Part shown: positions 1-9,725 of the stretch, piece by piece
Layout of the letters: each line of letters starts with the position of its first letter
Numbering within the stretch: position 1 is the stretch's first letter
Origin: Chitinophagaceae bacterium
Lineage (GTDB): Bacteria; Bacteroidota; Bacteroidia; Chitinophagales; Chitinophagaceae
Direction of reading: 5' to 3'
DNA: 34,857 nucleotides
NCBI GenBank assembly: GCA_033763355.1
Contig: JANRKT010000081.1
Span: 1 to 34,857 of the forward strand
Translations under genes and position numbers: made by a program
The notes under the pieces: model-generated
The model's database searches: none
Told to the model about the DNA's origin: nothing
What the model saw: the letters and a program-made list of their open reading frames with translations, nothing else

Positions 1-258
1 TTTGGTAAGCTGAATGATCCTGTCTTCATAAGCCTGCGCTGTGGGGCAATGGTTGCACGTAAAAACGATAACCAGTATGGCAGCATTTTTAAATGATGCA
101 AGCGAATAGGTTTTACCATCAACACCCGGCAGGCTGAATGCTGGGGCTTTTGCGCCAATGGAAAGCGTTTTGGGTTCATCGTTAGGTATGGCAAAACTTA
201 AAGCGGGGATTAACAGCAGGCTTGTAAATATGGCGCTGGCTGGGCACAGTTTTTTCAT
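1..258 (-). CDS. Thioredoxin-fold redoxin (AhpC/TSA or TlpA-like thiol-disulfide oxidoreductase), 5' part only; the gene continues past the window edge
   Basis: Reverse-strand translation from the ATG at 256-258 gives [23 protein letters not shown] (signal peptide) followed by ...[46 protein letters not shown], the typical redoxin N-terminal region with a CxxC pair. The frame stays open to position 1. Confidence 0.6.
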   Translation of the reverse strand, partial: MKKLCPASAIFTSLLLIPALSFAIPNDEPKTLSIGAKAPAFSLPGVDGKTYSLASFKNAAILVIVFTCNHCPTAQAYEDRIIQLTK

Positions 259-430
259 CTCAATATATTTGTGAAAAGGTACAATTTTTTACTTTTTGTA
301 AAAACATAATTGAAGCTTGTAACGGATAGATGTGCAGATCATCAGTTTACAAAGAAACCATCCGGCAGGAGATAGAGGCACATTTGATTTGATGCAGAAA
401 GAAAAAGGGTAAAGTGGTTACATATATAAA

Positions 431-886
431 TCACCCTTCAAACCCCGTTTTCTTATGGCTTCCGTCGCAATAGGGTTTATTTTGAGATGAGCCGCAGCGG
501 CATAAGGCAACGGTTCCGCTTTTCTTTTCTTCTCTGCCGTCGCTGTGTTGAATAAGGCATTCGGTTTTGATAAGGTAAGGGCCGTTTTCAGAAACCTGTA
601 TTTCAATTATGTTAGCCTGTCCGGCAATTATCTTTTCTGTTGTTGCCTGCGGTCCTTCGTTGTTTGGCTGTTCATTCATTACATAACTCAGAGCGCCGCT
701 GGGGCATTTTCTAACCTGTTCAACAATCCCTTTGGTATCTGACAGGGACATGTCAATCCACGGCTTGCGCTGCACATTAAAAACACCCGGTAAGCCTTTA
801 ATACAAACGGCAGAATGGATACACACTTCTGGTTTCCATAGTACCGTTACTTCGCCATTGGTATATTTAAAAGTTTTTTGAGACAT
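431..886 (-). CDS. Fusion protein: divergent 4Fe-4S mono-cluster (Fer4_19/DUF1271-like) N-domain plus CDGSH-type iron-sulfur domain
   Basis: The N-terminal half carries Cys spacing CIHSAVC...CPSGA. The C-terminal half carries C-R-C-GSSQNKP-Y-CDGSH, which matches the zf-CDGSH signature CxC...(S/T)xxxPxCDG(S/A/T)H. Confidence 0.65.
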   Translation of the reverse strand: MSQKTFKYTNGEVTVLWKPEVCIHSAVCIKGLPGVFNVQRKPWIDMSLSDTKGIVEQVRKCPSGALSYVMNEQPNNEGPQATTEKIIAGQANIIEIQVSENGPYLIKTECLIQHSDGREEKKSGTVALCRCGSSQNKPYCDGSHKKTGFEG

Positions 887-905
887 TGAAAGATGTTTCA
901 GGTTT

Positions 906-951
906 CAGGCTACAGGTTGCAACTAACATGAAATTTGTAACCTGTAGCCTG
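906..951. other. Perfect 13-bp inverted repeat (caggctacaggtt / aacctgtagcctg) with a 20-nt loop, in the icd-CDGSH intergenic region. It is preceded by a tandem ggtttcagg duplication.
   Basis: Read directly from the sequence. There is no U-run on either side, so it is not a canonical intrinsic terminator. It could be an RNA stability or attenuator hairpin. Confidence 0.4.
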
Positions 952-958
952 TAAAAAA

Positions 959-2410
959 CTATTGCCCCTGCGCCAGACTGTATGCTTTTTTATCACCCCA
1001 CATGTTCAACACTTCCGAAGAGCAAATTTTAAAATTACCGCTCATGCTTACATACAGGCCTAAAATATCCTGCTGGTTAAGCGGTTCGCCATCGAGGCTT
1101 TCAAAACGTACATTGTATTGGTTTACGAGGTTGGTAAATACCGAACCTGTAGGCCAAACCTGAGTGCCCCTGTTGCTGATGTTGATGAGCTTGAATTTAA
1201 CCCCTGCATGCCGCTGGCATTTTTTGGCGATAATTTCAGGCTGCTCTTCACTTTCTATGAACAAATCAACCCCAATGATATTTTCATTCACCATCTCTTT
1301 TGATATCATCATAGGATTTTTTTCAAGTTTAAAAACAGTGGGTGTTACCGGCATATTGGGCAACATGGGCCTTGCCCCGAATGCAGGTATTTTACCAAAA
1401 TTACTGATGATGGCTTCTGCAAATTGGGTGGTGTTAAAAGCGGGTTTGCTTTTGTCACCGAAATCGCCTGTGCGTACCCCCGTTTCAAGTGTATATAATA
1501 ATGCGTTCTCTATTATTGCAGCGTTTTCCATAAAACCGAGGTGCTGAAGCATGGCCAGTCCGCTTAATAAAAGCGCAGTGGGGTTGGCAATATTTTTTCC
1601 GGCAATATCAGGCGCTGTTCCATGTACCGCTTCAAAAATGCAGATGTGGTCTCCGATATTGGCTGAAGGGGCAAAGCCAAGGCCGCCCACAAGTCCGGCG
1701 CAAAGATCAGATACTATATCTCCCTGAAGGTTGGTGAGCACCACCACATCAAATTCATTGGGGCGGGTTACCAGTTTCATACAGAGGTCATCTACTATTA
1801 CATCATCCGCTTTCAGTTCAGGATAATCTTTTGCTACCTCATAAAACACTTCCAGAAACAATCCATCAGTAATCTTCATGATATTGGCCTTATGGCCACA
1901 GGTAATACGCCGTGCTGCTTTTTTTCTTGCCATTTCAAAAGCGTATTTGATTACCTGCAAACTTCCCGGCCTTGTAATAAAGCGGCGGCTTAGGGCCACA
2001 TCATGTGTAAGCATGTGTTCAATGCCGCCATACGTGTCTTCAATATTTTCACGTACTACTGTAATATCAATGGGTATGCCCCCTTTTGAAAATACCGTAT
2101 CCACCCCATGCAAGGTTTGAAAAACCCTTTTGTTGGCATAAGTGTTCCAGGTTTTGCGGGCTGTAACATTTACACTTTTTACGCCCTTGCCTTTAGGTGT
2201 TTCCATCGGCCCCTTGAATAGGATACCTATCTTTTCAATGGTTTTTTGCGCTTCCGGCGTCATTCCGTTTGAAAAGCCTTTGTCAAACACCCATTTGCCC
2301 ATATCTACAAAATCACATTCAAGGGGAACCTTACTGGCTTCAAAAATCCTTAAAACAGCATCCATGATTTCCGGGCCTATTCCATCGCCTTTAGCTACAG
2401 CTATTTTCAT
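959..2410 (-). CDS. icd: Isocitrate dehydrogenase (isocitrate/isopropylmalate dehydrogenase family) with a ~130-aa C-terminal extension
   Basis: 483-aa ORF starting [15 protein letters not shown], with ...[27 protein letters not shown]... typical of beta-decarboxylating dehydrogenases. Bacteroidota NAD-IDHs of about 480 aa have this architecture. Confidence 0.75.
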   Translation of the reverse strand: MKIAVAKGDGIGPEIMDAVLRIFEASKVPLECDFVDMGKWVFDKGFSNGMTPEAQKTIEKIGILFKGPMETPKGKGVKSVNVTARKTWNTYANKRVFQTLHGVDTVFSKGGIPIDITVVRENIEDTYGGIEHMLTHDVALSRRFITRPGSLQVIKYAFEMARKKAARRITCGHKANIMKITDGLFLEVFYEVAKDYPELKADDVIVDDLCMKLVTRPNEFDVVVLTNLQGDIVSDLCAGLVGGLGFAPSANIGDHICIFEAVHGTAPDIAGKNIANPTALLLSGLAMLQHLGFMENAAIIENALLYTLETGVRTGDFGDKSKPAFNTTQFAEAIISNFGKIPAFGARPMLPNMPVTPTVFKLEKNPMMISKEMVNENIIGVDLFIESEEQPEIIAKKCQRHAGVKFKLINISNRGTQVWPTGSVFTNLVNQYNVRFESLDGEPLNQQDILGLYVSMSGNFKICSSEVLNMWGDKKAYSLAQGQ

Positions 2411-2597
2411 AATATGAGTTTTGAAAATTGAAAATGAATGGTTTATATGGGTGGCCGCGGCAGGGAAGGTTCATTTCCCACAGCCATTCTGCCAGCGCAA
2501 AAATAACGGCTTCCGGCACAGAATGGTTTAAATCCCGAACAATTTCCGCAACCTCCTGTTCTTTTTTTGTACTTTTAAAATGCAAAACCACCATTAA

Positions 2598-2984
2598 ATG
2601 GTATTTAAAGTAACAGAAGGAGTAAAGGTAAGTGTGGAAACTTTTTACCAGCCTGATTACAGCAACCCTGTAAACAGCGAATATATGTTTGCTTACAGGA
2701 TAACCATTGAAAACAACAATGCTTACCCGGTAAAATTACTGCGCAGGCACTGGCATATATTTGATAGCAACGGATCGCACCGTGAAGTGGAAGGCGAAGG
2801 CGTTGTAGGTGTGCAGCCCCAGATTACCGCGGGTGAGCAATACCAGTATATCAGTGGCTGTAACCTGCGTACCGAAATGGGCAAAATGTATGGTACCTAC
2901 CTGATGGAAAATATCCCCTCCAAAAAACAGTTTCATGTCAACATCCCCATGTTTGAAATGGTGGTTCCCTTTAAGATGAATTAA
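2598..2984 (+). CDS. apaG: ApaG (DUF525) protein
   Basis: 128 aa of the usual ApaG length. Conserved stretch ...YMFAYRITIENNNAYPVKLLRRHWHIFDSNG...VVGVQPQITAGEQYQYISGCNL... Confidence 0.75.
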   Translation: MVFKVTEGVKVSVETFYQPDYSNPVNSEYMFAYRITIENNNAYPVKLLRRHWHIFDSNGSHREVEGEGVVGVQPQITAGEQYQYISGCNLRTEMGKMYGTYLMENIPSKKQFHVNIPMFEMVVPFKMN

Positions 2985-3109
2985 TTAACAATTAAGTCTG
3001 CGATTCTTACGTTAACTTTGCGGCCAATTGTTAAAAGCCTGCCGCATTGCTTTCGTGAAAGGTGATTTTCCAGGTTAAATGTTTTTTTGCAAAAAGTTTA
3101 TCTGCACAC

Positions 3110-4210
3110 ATGTCATATTCAACAGCTCCTAAAGTAAGTTTTAATAATAAAAACAGGCAGTTCTTTAACACGCTAAAGGCCTCAGTAGAGCGGTATTTTT
3201 CAGAAAACGGGATTAAAAAAACCGGTAACTGGAAGCTGTACCTTAAAACAGGCATCCTTATTCCCGTTGCTGTCGCCCTGTACGCAGTTCTCCTTTTCGT
3301 TCCCATGCATTGGTTGCCGGCTGTATTGCTGAGCGGTTTGTTCGGGTTTGTTGCAGCCTGCATAGGGTTTAACATCATGCACGATGCATGCCATGGCAGT
3401 TTTTCATCCCGGCGTTGGGTTAATGAAATTTTCGGGTTAACCAACAATGCCCTGGGCGGAAATGCTTTTTTATGGAAGCTTAAGCACAATATCGTCCATC
3501 ACACCTACACCAATATAGACGGTGTGGATGACGACATTAACAATACGCCTTTTCTCAGGCAATGTTCAACACAGCCTTTGTGGTTTATCCACCGTTTCCA
3601 GCATTATTACATGTTCCCGCTTTACGGGTTCACATCTCTGCTGATGAACTTTACGGATTTTGTAAAATATTTTTCGCGTAAAGTATATACTACTCCCCTT
3701 AAGCCAATGGATGTAAAAGAGCATGTTATCTTCTGGCTCACTAAACTCTTCTACATTATTTTTTATGTTGTAATCCCCATTCAGTTGCTCGGGTGGCAAA
3801 GCTGGCTGGTGGGTTTTCTTGTTTTAAACTTTGTATTGGGCTTTACGCTGGCCATTGTATTTCAATTGGCGCATGTGGTAGAACATGCAGAGTTTGAAGT
3901 TGCAGGAGTTGAACCAAAGAAAATAGAAAATGAATGGGCCATTCACCAGGTTAAAACCACAGCTAACTTTGCCCGGAACAGCAAACTGGTAACCTGGCTG
4001 GTTGGCGGTTTAAATTTCCAGATAGAACATCATCTTTTTCCCCGCATCAGCCATATCCATTATCCGCAGGTAAGTAAAATAGTAAAAGAAACCTGTGAAC
4101 AGTTTGGCATTATGTACAACGATTTTCCTACAATGGCGGCAGCGGTGGCATCTCACTTTAACATGATGAAGCAATTAGGCCGGAAAAGCACCGCTCTGGT
4201 TGCAGTATAA
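3110..4210 (+). CDS. Membrane fatty-acid desaturase, front-end (delta-6/DesD-like) type, no cytochrome b5 domain
   Basis: Three His boxes: HDACHGS, HNIVHHTYTNI and QIEHHLFP. The Q-for-H third box marks front-end desaturases. The start was moved to the ATG at 3110; the track's 3062 is a GTG extension. The N-terminus MSYSTAPKVSFNNKNRQFFNTLKAS aligns with the paralog's MSRITFNNRQNHFFNTLKSS. Confidence 0.8.
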   Translation: MSYSTAPKVSFNNKNRQFFNTLKASVERYFSENGIKKTGNWKLYLKTGILIPVAVALYAVLLFVPMHWLPAVLLSGLFGFVAACIGFNIMHDACHGSFSSRRWVNEIFGLTNNALGGNAFLWKLKHNIVHHTYTNIDGVDDDINNTPFLRQCSTQPLWFIHRFQHYYMFPLYGFTSLLMNFTDFVKYFSRKVYTTPLKPMDVKEHVIFWLTKLFYIIFYVVIPIQLLGWQSWLVGFLVLNFVLGFTLAIVFQLAHVVEHAEFEVAGVEPKKIENEWAIHQVKTTANFARNSKLVTWLVGGLNFQIEHHLFPRISHIHYPQVSKIVKETCEQFGIMYNDFPTMAAAVASHFNMMKQLGRKSTALVAV

Positions 4211-4411
4211 CCCTTCTCATTTTACAAAGCTTTCCAGGTTTGAAATTTATAAAGTTTATCATTCCCTGAAAGCCCGCAAGAACAAGAGATTAGTTTATAG
4301 TTAAATTTTCCGCAAACAGCCTTTGTTTACACGGTTAAAACGTACATTACATAGTGTGCAGGCTGCAAATGCATATTTCTTCACTTATTATTTTTAATAA
4401 ACAGATAATAC

Positions 4412-5491
4412 ATGTCACGGATAACTTTTAATAACAGGCAAAACCATTTTTTTAATACATTAAAAAGTTCTGTTGACGGGTATTTTCAAAAAAATAAACT
4501 GAAGAAGACAGGCAACTGGAAACTTTATCTAAAAGCTGTAATTCTAATTCCACTTGCAATAGTTATTTACATCAGCCTGCTGATATTTCCGTTACACTGG
4601 TTTGCGGCGCTTTTGTTATGCGCAGTTTTAGGTTTTGCGCTGGCATGTATCGGGTTTAATGTAATGCACGACGCCTGCCACGGCAGTTATTCTACCCGTT
4701 CATGGGTTAATAATCTTTTCAGCCTTAGTATGAATGTGCTTGGCAGCGCCGCTTTTATCTGGAAACTGAAGCACAACATCGTTCATCATACTTACACCAA
4801 TATAGATGGCATTGATGATGATATTGCCAAAAGCCCCGTGTTCAGGGAGTGTAAAACGCAGCGCTGGCACCCCGCCCACCGCTTTCAGCACTATTATATT
4901 TTTTTGCTCTACGGGTTTTCCTCTTTATCATGGGTTTTTGGAACAGATTATAAAAAGTACTTCAGCCAGAAAGTGCATAATACCCCGTTTAAGAAAATGA
5001 ATTTTAAAGAACATATTATTTTCTGGCTGAGTAAAATACTGTACATGGTAATATACATTATCATTCCCGCTGCTGTGTGGGGATGGGGCGCCTGGGCCAT
5101 CGGTTTTATAACCATGCATTTTGTACTGGGCTTTGTACTGGCAATCGTGTTTCAGCTGGCGCATGTGGTTGAGCATGTTGAATTTGAAGCCGTTGGCAAA
5201 AGCCCTAAAAAAATTGAAAATGAATGGGCTGTTTATCAGGTAAAAACAACTGCTGATTTTGCCCCGAAAAATAAATTGATAACCTGGCTTACCGGCGGAT
5301 TGAATTATCAAATAGAGCACCACCTTTTTCCCAAAATCAGCCATGTGCATTATCCGGCAATCAGCAATATAGTAAAAGAAGCCTGCAGGAAGTTTGGAAT
5401 TGAATACCATTATTTCCCTACTATGATGGCTGCTGTCGCTTCACATTACAGGTTAATGAAAGAGATGGGGAAAAGGCCTGAATTTATTTAG
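4412..5491 (+). CDS. Membrane fatty-acid desaturase, front-end type, tandem paralog of 3110..4210
   Basis: Same His boxes (HDACHGS, HNIVHHTYTNI, QIEHHLFP) and collinear with the upstream gene over the whole length. Confidence 0.8.
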   Translation: MSRITFNNRQNHFFNTLKSSVDGYFQKNKLKKTGNWKLYLKAVILIPLAIVIYISLLIFPLHWFAALLLCAVLGFALACIGFNVMHDACHGSYSTRSWVNNLFSLSMNVLGSAAFIWKLKHNIVHHTYTNIDGIDDDIAKSPVFRECKTQRWHPAHRFQHYYIFLLYGFSSLSWVFGTDYKKYFSQKVHNTPFKKMNFKEHIIFWLSKILYMVIYIIIPAAVWGWGAWAIGFITMHFVLGFVLAIVFQLAHVVEHVEFEAVGKSPKKIENEWAVYQVKTTADFAPKNKLITWLTGGLNYQIEHHLFPKISHVHYPAISNIVKEACRKFGIEYHYFPTMMAAVASHYRLMKEMGKRPEFI

Positions 5492-6527
5492 GCTTATACT
5501 TTGAATCATTGAGGATTTTTTTTGAATCAAACAACATTAGTTCCTGAAGTTTGGTATCAGGGAACTTTTTCATGAATTCCCTGATAATCTGCCTGCCTGT
5601 AAACAAACTGATATAGCCGGGCGAACCGTCACCCAGTTCCGCTGTTTTTGGCCCATCGCTGATGTAAGACTTTATTTTTAAAAAATCTGTTTCATAAACC
5701 AGGTTGTTATCAGCAAGGAAATTCCAGATCAAACCTTCGTTTTCTATACAACCCTGCAGTTGTTTTTGGGTATAACCAATTTTCAGTGTGTCTGCAGTAT
5801 GCGGTAAAAGCAGGTCAAGTATATATAATCTCTTTCCCCTGTCTATTGCAATTTCAAGCAGGGATTTTCCTTCGGTCTGGTCGGGGTACATATCATCAAT
5901 AATATTTTTCATACAGTTTACAGGTATATAAGCGGGTTCAAAACGCTGAGAGATATATGAAGGATACAATTGCTGCCCGATCTGGTTATTGTAGTAAGAA
6001 GAATTTTTGCCAAGGTGCAACTGAAGCCCTGCGCCCAAAGCACCGGTTGTTATTATATCTCCATAACCTCCAAGCGTACCAACAGCAAAAGCATCCATCG
6101 GACCAATAAAAGTGATGAGTTGTTGGGGCGGGTTGTACGAAGGAAAATAATATTTAAGGAACTGAAGCCCCTTTTTTACGTCTGCTGCAAGAACATCAAA
6201 ATTTTTAAAAACAAGGTCTGATGAATCTTTTACAGGTTTATAATCTGCCAGGAATTTCTTAATGGCAAATGATGCATCGGGATTACTGTCAGGCATGGGA
6301 ATACCGAGTATATTGCCGAGAAAGTCTTTAAGGAAAACAGGATATTTAGCCGAAAGCCTGCGCATGCTCCCGCTTATGTCATTGGTGTCAGCAGCAAAAA
6401 AATCTTTTTCAAAACGATGAACCTGCAGTTCAACTTTAATGCCCGATACATCGGGTATGCTTTCATCATTTTTGCAGCAGGAGACGATCAGCGGCAGGCA
6501 GAAAAGGTAAACAAGTTTTTTTTTCAT
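5484..6527 (-). CDS. gldB: Gliding-motility lipoprotein GldB-like
   Basis: 347-aa protein with a lipoprotein signal (MKKKLVYLFCLPLIVSCC). Size and lipoprotein character match GldB. It is divergent from nadE, and gldB-nadE linkage is known from Flavobacterium johnsoniae. No sequence comparison was possible here. Confidence 0.5.
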   Translation of the reverse strand: MKKKLVYLFCLPLIVSCCKNDESIPDVSGIKVELQVHRFEKDFFAADTNDISGSMRRLSAKYPVFLKDFLGNILGIPMPDSNPDASFAIKKFLADYKPVKDSSDLVFKNFDVLAADVKKGLQFLKYYFPSYNPPQQLITFIGPMDAFAVGTLGGYGDIITTGALGAGLQLHLGKNSSYYNNQIGQQLYPSYISQRFEPAYIPVNCMKNIIDDMYPDQTEGKSLLEIAIDRGKRLYILDLLLPHTADTLKIGYTQKQLQGCIENEGLIWNFLADNNLVYETDFLKIKSYISDGPKTAELGDGSPGYISLFTGRQIIREFMKKFPDTKLQELMLFDSKKILNDSKYKPK

Positions 6528-6619
6528 GGCTTTTGAAACGATGGGGGGATGAAATTAGTACGAAAGCTGCAAACTTTAACGCATTCGCTAAAGTCGCCGT
6601 AAATCGTGAAATTTGTATC

Positions 6620-8353
6620 ATGAAGGTTGTACTGGCTCAGCAAAATTACCACATCGGAAATTTCGAAAGCAATACAAAGAAGATCATCAGCGCTGTTGCA
6701 AGGGCAAAACAGCAGGGAGCAGACCTCGTTGTTTTTTCAGAATTAGGTGTTTGCGGTTACCCTCCCAGGGATTTTGTGGAGTTTTCTGATTTTATCAGCC
6801 GCTGTTATCATTGCATTAATGTCATCAAACAGCATGCTGATACCATTGGCGTAATTGTTGGTGCACCCAGCCGCAACCCCCAGGAGGAAGGCAAAGACCT
6901 TTTTAATACGGCATGGCTGCTATACGACAAGGAGATAAAAGGTATGGTGCACAAAACGCTTTTGCCTACCTATGATGTGTTTGATGAATACCGCTATTTT
7001 GAGCCGGCTTACGAATGGAAGACCCTTGACTTTAAAGGAAGAAAAATTGCACTCACCATATGTGAAGACATCTGGAACCTGGGAGATAACCCGTTGTACA
7101 GGATATGCCCGATGGATATATTAATACAGCAGCAGCCGGATCTTATAATCAATATTTCTGCATCACCTTTCGATTATGACCATGATGAAGACCGCAAAGA
7201 AGTGATAAGAAGAAATGTACTGAAATATAAATTACCAATTGTGTATTGCAATGCAGTTGGTTCACAAACCGAAATTGTTTTTGATGGCGGCAGCCTGGTG
7301 TATGATGCAGAAGCTAACCTTATTGCAGAACTGAAATATTTTGAAGAAGATGAAATGATGGTTGACCTTGATGCAGCTGGAAGTCAGCAGTCAACGGTCA
7401 GCAGCCACCATACGAGCATTGTTCGCCGGCTTTCAACTGCGTTTGATAAAGAAATGCGGGTAAGTAAAATAAACGACCCCGAAAAGATCATTGATTACCT
7501 TATTGCCGAAAACAATATCCGCCAGATATACGATGCCCTGATACTTGGCATACGGGATTATTTTTTCAAGATGGGTTTTACCAAAGCCATACTGGGCAGC
7601 AGCGGCGGTATTGACAGCGCAGTTACACTGGCCCTGGCATGCCGTGCACTGGGAAAAGAAAATGTAAGGGCCGTTTTGATGCCGTCACAGTTTTCTACAA
7701 CCCATTCAGTAAGCGATGCAGAACAACTGAGCAAAAACCTCGGCAACCATTATGATATTATTGCCATTAAAGATATTTATCAAGCATTCATTAATTCTTT
7801 AAAGCCGGTATTTAAGGACCTGCCTTTTGGTATTGCAGAAGAAAACATACAGAGCCGCACAAGAGGAAACCTGCTGATGGCCATTGCCAACAAGTTTGGT
7901 TATATTCTTTTAAATACTTCCAACAAGAGCGAACTGGCGACGGGTTACGGCACTTTATATGGCGACATGGCGGGTGGCCTGAGTGTATTGGGGGATGTGT
8001 ACAAGATGCAGGTGTATGCACTGGCAAGATATATTAACCGAAATGGGGAACTTATTCCCGGAAACATCATTAAGAAAGCGCCTTCAGCAGAATTACGCCC
8101 CAACCAGAAGGACAGCGACAGCCTTCCCGATTACCCGCTGCTTGACAAGGTGCTGTACCAGTACATTGAAAGAAGGCAGGGCCCCAAAGAAATTATTGCC
8201 ATGGGCATTGATGAAGCGCTGGTAAGAAGGGTATTGAAACTGGTTAACACCAACGAATACAAACGAAACCAGTTCTGCCCCATTATAAGGGTAAGCTGCA
8301 AGGCGTTTGGTGTGGGAAGAAGGGTGCCGATAGTGGGGAAGTATTTGAGTTGA
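6620..8353 (+). CDS. nadE: Glutamine-dependent NAD+ synthetase (N-terminal nitrilase/CN-hydrolase domain plus C-terminal NAD synthetase domain)
   Basis: C-terminal domain shows the PP-loop ILGSSGGIDSAV and ...LLNTSNKSELATGYGTLYGDMAGGLSVLGDVYK... The N-terminal domain is CN-hydrolase-like (MKVVLAQQN...VVFSELGVCGY). The start was moved to the ATG at 6620; the track start at 6533 is TTG. Confidence 0.85.
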   Translation: MKVVLAQQNYHIGNFESNTKKIISAVARAKQQGADLVVFSELGVCGYPPRDFVEFSDFISRCYHCINVIKQHADTIGVIVGAPSRNPQEEGKDLFNTAWLLYDKEIKGMVHKTLLPTYDVFDEYRYFEPAYEWKTLDFKGRKIALTICEDIWNLGDNPLYRICPMDILIQQQPDLIINISASPFDYDHDEDRKEVIRRNVLKYKLPIVYCNAVGSQTEIVFDGGSLVYDAEANLIAELKYFEEDEMMVDLDAAGSQQSTVSSHHTSIVRRLSTAFDKEMRVSKINDPEKIIDYLIAENNIRQIYDALILGIRDYFFKMGFTKAILGSSGGIDSAVTLALACRALGKENVRAVLMPSQFSTTHSVSDAEQLSKNLGNHYDIIAIKDIYQAFINSLKPVFKDLPFGIAEENIQSRTRGNLLMAIANKFGYILLNTSNKSELATGYGTLYGDMAGGLSVLGDVYKMQVYALARYINRNGELIPGNIIKKAPSAELRPNQKDSDSLPDYPLLDKVLYQYIERRQGPKEIIAMGIDEALVRRVLKLVNTNEYKRNQFCPIIRVSCKAFGVGRRVPIVGKYLS

Positions 8354-8526
8354 GGTTCATATTCGGAAAGGTAATGTTTGATTTTAAAATGATGCAGCAG
8401 ACACATCAATAACAGGCAAAAGCTGTTTTATAGCGACCAGTTTGATTGAGGATGTTGTATAATCAGGCAGATGAAAGTCCGGTTATGTATAACTACACAA
8501 CTTCAAGCTAAGCACTCCCGGTTGTT

Positions 8527-9024
8527 TCAGTTCACCACTTTGTTTGCGCAGCTTGTGCTGGCAAAGGCTTCTGGTTTGGCTTTAAAGGCAAAGCCCATAC
8601 CGAGGATGTAACCCATGGCTTCCCGCAGCGCTTCATTGCTTTTAAAGTGCGGGTTGGTATTGATGTCGGCATGCACTTCCATGTCAACATCATATACAGT
8701 AAAAAGATCGCACAGTTCATATGCGATCTCTATACTTTTGGCTACTTCTACCAGCATGCGTTCCTTTATAGAAAACTGCTGGCGGGTTTTTTCGTTGTGG
8801 ATGAACATGAAACCCCCGTGCCCTTCCCGGAGAAAAACGATTACTGTGGCAAACTCCGTTTCATCTCCCTTTACCTGTGAATCGGTACCGATGCAGACTT
8901 TCAGTTTATAACCGGCAGCGGTTTCCCGTCTTATGGCCTGTTCTACTGCATCCTTAATGGGGAGCTGAATCGTGTCGCCGTTGAACCGTCTCCAGATGGT
9001 TTTATGTGTTCCGTAGTGTTTCAT
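8527..9024 (-). CDS. Hypothetical protein, possibly RNase H-fold DUF458 (YkuK-like)
   Basis: 165 aa with ...YKLKVCIGTDSQVKGDETEFATVIVF..., which resembles the GTDSQ core of DUF458. This rests on memory of the family and was not verified. Confidence 0.35.
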   Translation of the reverse strand: MKHYGTHKTIWRRFNGDTIQLPIKDAVEQAIRRETAAGYKLKVCIGTDSQVKGDETEFATVIVFLREGHGGFMFIHNEKTRQQFSIKERMLVEVAKSIEIAYELCDLFTVYDVDMEVHADINTNPHFKSNEALREAMGYILGMGFAFKAKPEAFASTSCANKVVN

Positions 9025-9175
9025 ATAAAACGCGGTTTCAGTTGGTCAGTAAGCATATCTTACAGGTTTGCTGAAATTACAAAAAAAATTCCAACAATCA
9101 CAGGGCTGTGGTGTGATGTAATTATTAAAAGAACGGGGTTCACATCAAGGCATAGGCGAACAGATTAAAAGCGGG

Positions 9176-9607
9176 TTAGTCTTTAATGGCGTTGGATACC
9201 TTTATCTTTTTCAGGTAATAAAGGCCTTCATCATTCAGCCGCAGTTCAAGCCCGTCATCGTGTTTGCTGCTGAGGATGCGGCCGGAGTAAAGAACAACTC
9301 CTTCATTATCTGTTTTCATGGAAACGGAAAATACAGCGCCACGGTAATTGGAAGATTCAATAATTACACTTTTAAGATAGGTATATTTCTGCGCAGATGA
9401 TCTGATGGTGCCTTTCAGGAGGAAATTTTCAGAAAAGTTTATAGTTATTGTACTGCCCGCAGCAAGTTCAAAAATTTTGCTGATCCCCTCCTCATTGCAT
9501 ATTACAGAATCCGGTACAGCTTTAAATAAATATGACTGGGGGAATAAGCCATTCATCAGGCAGCAGCCTGTAATGCAAAGCAGCATGGCTTTGAAATGGT
9601 AATTCAT
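9176..9607 (-). CDS. Hypothetical secreted protein
   Basis: The internal ATG gives MNYHFKAMLLCITGCCLMNGLFPQ, a signal-like N-terminus. No recognisable motifs. The track's start at 9715 lengthens it by 36 aa. Confidence 0.4.
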   Translation of the reverse strand: MNYHFKAMLLCITGCCLMNGLFPQSYLFKAVPDSVICNEEGISKIFELAAGSTITINFSENFLLKGTIRSSAQKYTYLKSVIIESSNYRGAVFSVSMKTDNEGVVLYSGRILSSKHDDGLELRLNDEGLYYLKKIKVSNAIKD

Positions 9608-9725
9608 AACAGGATATTCAGTTTTTCTCAATGGTTTCCCGCAAAGGAGCGGGGAACAAAAGCTATTTTTAAACGGATGAAAGGCGTTAAATATTTTGCT
9701 TTTTGCGCATGGCAAATAAACAGTT

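Noticed and set aside
3013-3020. TAACTTTG, a perfect Bacteroidetes -7 element (TAnnTTTG) upstream of the first desaturase
   Set aside because: It lies about 90 nt from the ATG and has no clear -33 TTTG partner. Such octamers occur by chance in AT-rich spacers. Not called as a promoter.
3062-3109. N-terminal extensions in the ORF track (3062, 6533, 16156, 9715, 25430, 34828, 33707)
   Set aside because: These track starts are GTG or TTG codons rendered as M. An internal ATG gives a signal peptide or aligns with the paralog in each case, so the extensions are treated as finder artefacts.
3031-3489. 152-aa minus-strand ORF overlapping the first desaturase
   Set aside because: It lies entirely within a well-supported desaturase CDS on the opposite strand and has no motifs. 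Shadow ORF.
8527-9024. Possibility that this 165-aa gene is gldC
   Set aside because: It is not adjacent to or co-oriented with gldB, and it carries a GTDSQ motif I associate with DUF458. It is kept as hypothetical or DUF458-like pending an HMM search.
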